Both the position numbers and the translations under genes were made by a program. The notes beneath the pieces are model-generated. The model made no database searches and was not told where the DNA came from. It saw only the letters and a program-made list of their open reading frames with translations. From the human T2T-CHM13v2.0 reference genome, Homo sapiens: a stretch of 64,000 nucleotides of DNA. The stretch is taken from the NCBI RefSeq assembly GCF_009914755.1, contig NC_060929.1, one strand, 5' to 3'. This document shows, piece by piece, positions 34,720 through 64,000 of the stretch (position 1 is the stretch's first letter; each line of letters starts with the position of its first letter).

Positions 34720-35036
34720 TTTAAAGTCCTTTGAAACTTGTTGACAAATCAAAATTTCTCATTTTCTACTTTGAAGTTCTTAAGCCTGCCAGTCACAGTG
34801 CCTGGTAATCAATGTTTGTCAAAAGAACATGATTAACAATAACCCAAGTAATGTTATTGTCTTGGAGATACTTCAAGCTTCTGAATGAGATCATGGCACT
34901 GTTACCACTAAGTAATGGTACCTTTCATAGAATACATTCTACATACACACTTCCTTAAGTTATGACCTGAGAATTGGTTTCTGTTCTCAAACACATAATG
35001 AAAAGGATAACAAAATTCAGATAGAAGTATTTTTGG

Positions 35037-35329
<293 letters not shown>

Positions 35330-35377
35330 GTATTTTTGGTGAAAAATACAGTTTATCAATGAGAAGAAGCACATTTA

Positions 35378-35752
<375 letters not shown>

Positions 35753-35784
35753 TTAATTTAAAAAAAAGTTTCTCCAAAGAATCA

Positions 35785-36190
35785 AACTAAATGTCCATCA
35801 ATGACAGATTGGATGAAGAAAATGTGGTACATATACACCATGGAATATTATGCAGCCATAAAAATGAATGAGATCATGTCTTTTGTGGGAACATGGATAG
35901 AGCTAGAGGCTATTATCCTTAGCAAACTAACATAGGAACAGAAAACCAAATACCGCATGTTGTCACTTATAAGTGGGAGCCAAATGATAAGATCTTATGA
36001 ACACGAAGAAGGAAACAACAGACACTGGAGTCTACTTGAGGGGAGAGGATGAGAGAAGGGAGAAGAGCAGAAAAGATAACTATTGGGTATTGGGCTTAAT
36101 ACCTGGGTGATGAAATAATCTGTACAACAAAACCCCATGAGATGTGTTTACCTATGTAACAAACCTTCACATGTACCGCCAAACCTAAAA
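35785..36190 (+). mobile_element. L1PA/PB 3' end
   Basis: AATGTGGTACATATACACCATGGAATATTATGCAGCCATAAAA..GAAAACCAAATACCGCATGTT..CCTATGTAACAAACCT. Confidence 0.88.
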
Positions 36191-36414
36191 GTTTAAAGAT
36201 GTAAATAACATCTCTCCCAGATTTGCTTCATGATTTCTGCTTAAAAGACCCACAACATTAAGCGTTTCTGGGTGTGAAACTACACAGGCCTCTCTTAACC
36301 ACAAATTGAGATGCCAAGCACAAAGAACCTGCTCATTAATATCAGGGTGGAAGTAACCACAAAGATAGTTGAGAAAAGCAGCAGACCACTACTACAGGCA
36401 TTAGGTAAAAGATT

Positions 36415-36420
36415 TTTATT
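36415..36420 (-). terminator. KIF3A: KIF3A distal polyadenylation signal
   Basis: Minus-strand AATAAA preceded by several UGUA elements (e.g. TGTATATA 36459-36466). Confidence 0.75.
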
Positions 36421-37469
36421 CTTATTTAACCATGCTGCATGTATACATACAATACCAATATATACAACTTGAACAAATACAATTTATACATAAAATACAA
36501 TGAAAGCATGGCTTTTGAAACTGATGCAACAAACTGTAATTTGTAATTTTGGCCAGCATACAGTATTATAGTAATGCTACTGAAGTTATTCATTAAATTA
36601 GTCAGACTACAGTATAAGTTCAAAGGCACTAGAAACATCTATGTTTTCTTCTAGTATTTTTAAGAACAAAAAATAATTTAAAATAAAACAAATGTATACA
36701 TTAGGAAATTGGGCAGACATTGGTGTACTTAAATGTAAACGCTACCCATTCCTTAATTCACAGCCCTGTAGGAAAGAAGACTTTCCTTAAGAGTTAAGGG
36801 GAAGGATATTAAAAACAGACTAAAAGGAAACAAACAAAACAAAAAACAACCAAAAACCATAATCATAGTTTTAAAAACATGTTACAGAGGAAGTAGCACC
36901 ACCCCCTCCCCCAATAAAACCTTAAATTTTTGCTGCAAAAAGAAAAAAAAAACAACTCCCTTTCTCCAGAAAGGAAATGAAATGGCTTGTCAAATGGATT
37001 CTATTCATGGGGCAAACATGGAGATGCGACCCTTCCCTTGATTACTCATCTCATGCTTTATAAGAATCTAAACACAAATAGGAAACACGATGATAATTTT
37101 AACATCCTATTAGTATATGTAATTGTAAGGATTATTAAAGAAGATACTATAAACCAATAATTCTACCAATGCTCCTTTTAATAAATAAATATCACTTTTT
37201 AAATTAAAGGGAAAAGAGAATACCCATTCAATAACCTATTTATATATATGTGCCACTCATTTTAAATCTGCATATTTATTTCAAAAAATGAGCAAGTGTG
37301 TTCATCTATATCGTCTCACGAAATTAACACTGACCTTACAACATATTTCATTTGTGGACAAAGACACAGTAAATGTGAGGAAACTACAGAATTGCTATGA
37401 CTGGAGCTAAATGAATAGCTCTGAAGTCAGTGTCCCATATTTGCATATAGATATTCAGACCAGGCTTGA

Positions 37470-37836
<367 letters not shown>

Positions 37837-37878
37837 TCAGTTTTAACATAATGCTTTTTTTAAAAAACTGCTATAGTA

Positions 37879-38165
37879 GGCGGGGTGTGGTGGCTCAGGC
37901 CTATAATCATGCCTGTAATCCCAGCACTTCGGGAGCCTGAGGCGGGTGGATCACTTAAGCTCTAGGAGTTCAAGACAGGCCCGGGCAACATGGCAAAACC
38001 CCATCTCTACAAAAAAATACAAAAATTAGCCGAGCATGATGGCATACAGCTGTAGTTCCAGCAACTCAGGAGGCTGAAGAGACAGAGGTTACAGTGAGCC
38101 GAGATTGTCCCACTGCACTCCAGCCTAGGTAATAGAGCCAGACTCCGTCTCCAAACAAAAAACAA
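37879..38165 (+). mobile_element. AluJ-like in KIF3A 3'UTR
   Basis: Diverged dimer; TSD CTGCTATAGTAG. Confidence 0.85.
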
Positions 38166-38876
38166 ACACCCCTGCTATAGTAGCCTGCTTTTAGAACTTC
38201 TCAATTGACTTTTTATAGATCGGCTTTTTATTTTGACTTTTTATAGATTTATTTTTATTATCATGGTAGGGTGGGATAGAAAAAATATCTAACATACTGG
38301 CTTAAATTTCCATGTTTTAAAGCTTGATTTAAAAGTTACTCCTTTCCTATTAACTGAATTGCTAAAGGTTAGAAACATGAACTTTTAAAAAGAAGCGTTT
38401 TTTTTAAACTGGTAAAATTAAGATTTCTTTAGAGTAATTACTAACAGAGTTAAATGTGTATCATCAAAAACATTTTATAATTACCAAAATATTCTGATCA
38501 CACAAAGCTTTTACAAGACACATATTTACCTCAACTCTTCACAGTATCTAAACAATGCCCCACAGAGTTAAGTAATAAATTTCTAGCTATCTTACATACC
38601 ACAAACAAATGCAGCCAGTGAAATGCAATTCTAATCACCTAGAAAATGTTCACCACACACAGGACATTCAGTATTCCAATTACAGAATGGACTTTAAATT
38701 TATGGGTACATTTTTATCGCCACCTCAAGAGTACTCCACCTTCAGTCACCCCTACTCTATACACAGCTTTGTCATTTAAACTAGGATTTAACAAAACTTA
38801 TTAAAATAATATTAATTTAATAAATACTAACTTATAAAGTCTCAAAATATTTTCAACCAATGTGTTTCAGGGCTGA

Positions 38877-39251
<375 letters not shown>

Positions 39252-40402
39252 TAACTTTAAAAAAATACAATAAAAGTTTCATAAGCAGCTAACAACAGAA
39301 AAAAATAATTATCTCTATTACAACTTACTTTACTATGAAATCAACATAGTTTTTATTTGTAGAGGAATATGGTCTAACTGGATTACCCAATAGAAGAAAT
39401 TCAGAAAATAATATTTTATTTTTAAAATAGAAAAACAAAATAAAAAGTGTTTTAAAGGCAAAGTATTTAAAAGATATTTTTCTTGCTTAGCTGTATTTTC
39501 TGGAAAATGGAGACTCTTCTTAACTGGGAGACATAAAGTAATTCCCACCAAAATTTAGAACTCAAAGAAAAGCATCCATAACACTTCAGAGTGAATTTTT
39601 AAAAATATACACGCAGGCAAAGATAACTGAGCAGTATTTAGCTTCTTAATTTTCCGCAACAGTAGATCCTTTATATTTACGTACAATTCAATGTTTCAAG
39701 AGAACATGAAACCAGAACTTAAGGTGTATTTGATTTGAACTCAAACTGGCAAAAAAAAGTTAGGAAAGGTTCAGATGAAACATTTTCAACTTGTTAAAAA
39801 ACATGTATACTCGCAAAGACTGTTAAATTATAACATTTTCTACAAAACATTCATAAGATCAGTCATCTCATACTTAAAATGCAACAAATGTTAGACAATT
39901 AGAATGTGTTCAAACAGGCTGGGTGGGTGTTAGGACGGAATCATTCTTTAGATGTACAGTCCAAACATTCATATATAACAGCGCAACATAGGACAATCTG
40001 ATCTGCTTCTTTCTATGTGCAAAACAGGACACAGTTTTTTTTTTTCTATTTTGAAATTCTAGTTACCTAAATATACAGTAGTTGGATAAATAGCTAATCG
40101 ATTTACACATACATCTAAACTGTAACTCTCTATAGTATGAACTGTTCCCCCAACTTCCCTGCACAGTACAATTGAAGAGTAGTAGTACAACAATTTGAAC
40201 AATCACCAGTTGTACAATTTTAATGTTATATTAATATATGTAGACTAAAAGTTCTTAAGCAAATTATTATTTCCAGTCTTATTCATTGATCTACAACTTC
40301 CATTAATTGAAATTATAGAGAAGTCTTCACTGTTTTAATTAAAGATTTTGTCCAGGCATGAGAATATCACTAATTTTTATTGTGACTTTAAGTCTGTAAC
40401 AT

Positions 40403-60741
<20,339 letters not shown>

Positions 60742-61068
60742 CTTTAATAAATAAACGAAATCCTTTAAAAGTGTAACAGAGAGTGCCTTTAAAAATAATT
60801 AAACATCCTGAACAGTTTAAAACACTTAATTTTATCACAATCAAAAGCCAGAGAGCATGGCTAAACCATAAAGGCATGGGTGTGTACTTAGCCACTACAT
60901 GAAATTTCTCTTATACTTTGTTGATAACAAATTTGTAAGGTTTCTCATATTAAAGACATAACTTTAGCAAAAAATAATTTCAATCCCTAGTAATACTGCC
61001 TAAAAAATAACTAATTTACACCAAAAAACCACATTAATTGGAAAAATTATTGCTGATTTAGCTATCTA

Positions 61069-61307
<239 letters not shown>

Positions 61308-62046
61308 CTAAAAACGTGGAAAAATGTCCATAACATATAAATTAAAAATAAAAGCAAGTTAGAAAGAAATACATAACATAATCCTACTTCTGTAAAAAAA
61401 AAAAATCCATTCAAAATATGCAAAGTATTTGCATATGTGTAAATATATGAATATATTGTGTAAACAAAAAACATTTTTTTACAATAGACCTGTATTAGTT
61501 TTTTTCTTAAATTCCAAAGTATTTTAAAGTTAATTTTACTCAATGCCAAAATTATCTTCCTACTATACATTCATGCAGCATTTTTCTGTGCAAGCTTTGA
61601 TTTTATAATTGAAACATTAAAAGGGTAATCTTTAATGAAGTGACCAAAAGCTCCAATTAACTACCTGAGAATTAAATTAATTTCATTCTATGAATGAAAT
61701 CTTGTGTTAAAATTTTTAATTAAATAACCAATAATTAACATATTTCTGGTATTTGTTTTTTTAATAAAAGCATACAGAAAGCATAAAGTGAAAGCTCCTG
61801 ACATTCCTTTTCCCCAATTTTATTTCTCCTTCTCTAAAGGTAACCACTACAATCTGTCCTTTCATTCTGTATTTTATATACATACGTGTAGACACAAACA
61901 CACACACACTGCCCAAATAAATATATGGTTTAACAATTTTTCACATATAAATAAATGGGGTAAGGCAGTACATACATACTGTTCTACAATTTGCTTTTAT
62001 CCCCCCACTGACAAACATACTTTGAAAATCTTCCAGCTCTGTGTAG

Positions 62047-62685
<639 letters not shown>

Positions 62686-63255
62686 TAACTCATTGTTTTT
62701 AACAGCTTTATTACAGTCTATGGTATTTTTGTGTCATCATTTACATAATCAGGGTTTTATTGAAGGTTATTTAGATTGTTACATCTAAAAATATTTTCCA
62801 GAATGTCTAAAATTAGAAACAGAGTCAAAAGGAATGTATTTTAAAATGTCAACAGATACTGTTAACAATGCCCTTCAAATAGGCTGCACCAATTTATATT
62901 CCATCCTCAGTGCCCATTTCTTCAAAGTCTCACCAACCTACATATCCTTCATCTAATCTGATGGGTGAAACATCTCTCTCTATCTTGTTTTAGCATTTTC
63001 CTGATTAGTTGTGAAGTTAAACAGCCTTTCACATACTTATTGCTGTGCTTAGTTCTTCTACGAATAACATACATATTTTTTGCTAATTTTTCTATTAAGA
63101 TTTGGTCTTTTTCTATTAATTGGTTCATAAGAATGTAATTGATTTTTGAAGTTTTGTTGTTTGATTTCCTTGGGTTTGATATATCTATCATCAAGTCACA
63201 GAAACTTATAAAAATTTTTCATTTCCTATTTCTCATCTTTTACCTCTAATCCCTC

Positions 63256-63533
63256 TTTTTTTCTTTTTTTTTTGGTTGCTGTGTTGCCCAAGTTGGAGTG
63301 CAGTGGCGCGATCTCGGCTCACTGCAACTTCTGCCTTCCTGGTTAAAACGATTCTCCTGCCACAGCCTCCCGAGTAACTGGGATTACAGGCACCCACCAC
63401 CACTCCCAGCTAATTTTTGTATTTTTAGTAGAGACGGGGTTTCACCATGTTGGCCAGGCTGGTCTCAAACAAGTGATCCACCCACCTCAGCCTCCCAAAG
63501 TGCTGGGATTACAGGTGTGAGCCACCGCGACCA
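63256..63533 (-). mobile_element. Alu (antisense)
   Basis: Reverse-complement Alu. Confidence 0.9.
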
Positions 63534-63751
63534 GACTTTTCACCTCTAATTTCTAATTGCTATTAGTTGCATCACCAGTACTAGGTTTGAGGCATCTGTA
63601 TAATATCGCTGAAGCTTCCTACTCTTTAGACTAAAAATGTGACACAATTACTAAAAAGAATACAATTTTTTAATTTAAATTTTGTTTTGCTTTTCTTGTC
63701 AACAAAAGGGAAGCATTACAGTGCCTAGTTAATGCAGACTACTGGCCTAGG

Positions 63752-63895
63752 TTTTTTGGGTTTCTTCCAGGTGGGTTTCTTTAGGACAGGGGCTCCCTAT
63801 TGTCCAGGCTGGTCTCAAACTCCTGGCCTCAAATGATCCTCCCAGTTCAGCCTCCCGAGTTGCTGGGATTACAGGCATGAGCCACTGTGCGTGGC
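63752..63895 (-). mobile_element. Alu left monomer (FLAM-like, antisense)
   Basis: CAGGCTGGTCTCAAACTCCTGGCCTCAA..GCTGGGATTACAGGCATGAGCCAC. Confidence 0.8.
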
Positions 63896-64000
63896 TATGG
63901 CTTAGGTGTGATCACTCACTCTACCACTTAGTAGTTATAGTACTTAGACAAGTTACTTAAACTAAGTCTCACTTTCTTCATTCATAAAGTAAGAATTTAA

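Overview
Human chromosome 5q31 Th2 cytokine locus, recognised from spliced translations. IL13 (+, 4 exons, CDS 1988-4083, 146 aa) and IL4 (+, 4 exons, CDS 17850-26387, 153 aa) are complete. The 3' part of KIF3A (kinesin-2 motor subunit, - strand, 14 coding exons from 60741 to 40403 plus a ~4 kb 3'UTR) converges tail-to-tail with IL4. All exon boundaries were checked by hand for GT/AG and frame. The window also contains the IL13 CpG island/CGRE, probable CNS-1, the IL4 promoter and intron-2 enhancer, probable HS IV, HS Va and CNS-2/HS V, the IL4 70-bp VNTR, two LTRs, >30 Alus and L1/L2/MIR/MER fragments. This is a heavily studied locus and I see no new gene or system that I can support. The observations most worth following up are: (1) a 39-bp hairpin-bearing piece of the IL13 3'UTR copied into a downstream MIR, with two mutually compensatory substitutions; (2) a KIF3A splicing module with a 72-nt Ser-rich exon, a 9-nt microexon and an unexplained perfect CAG|GTAAGT site 106 nt downstream (recursive site, 12-nt microexon or poison extension); (3) a 101-nt frameshifting IL4 cassette exon whose stop codon sits at the NMD boundary; (4) an Alu upstream of IL4 whose poly(A) tail is replaced by a G-quadruplex motif; (5) alternative polyadenylation that would switch inverted Alus in or out of the KIF3A 3'UTR. 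Repeat subfamily names, enhancer names and rsIDs come from recall and need database confirmation.
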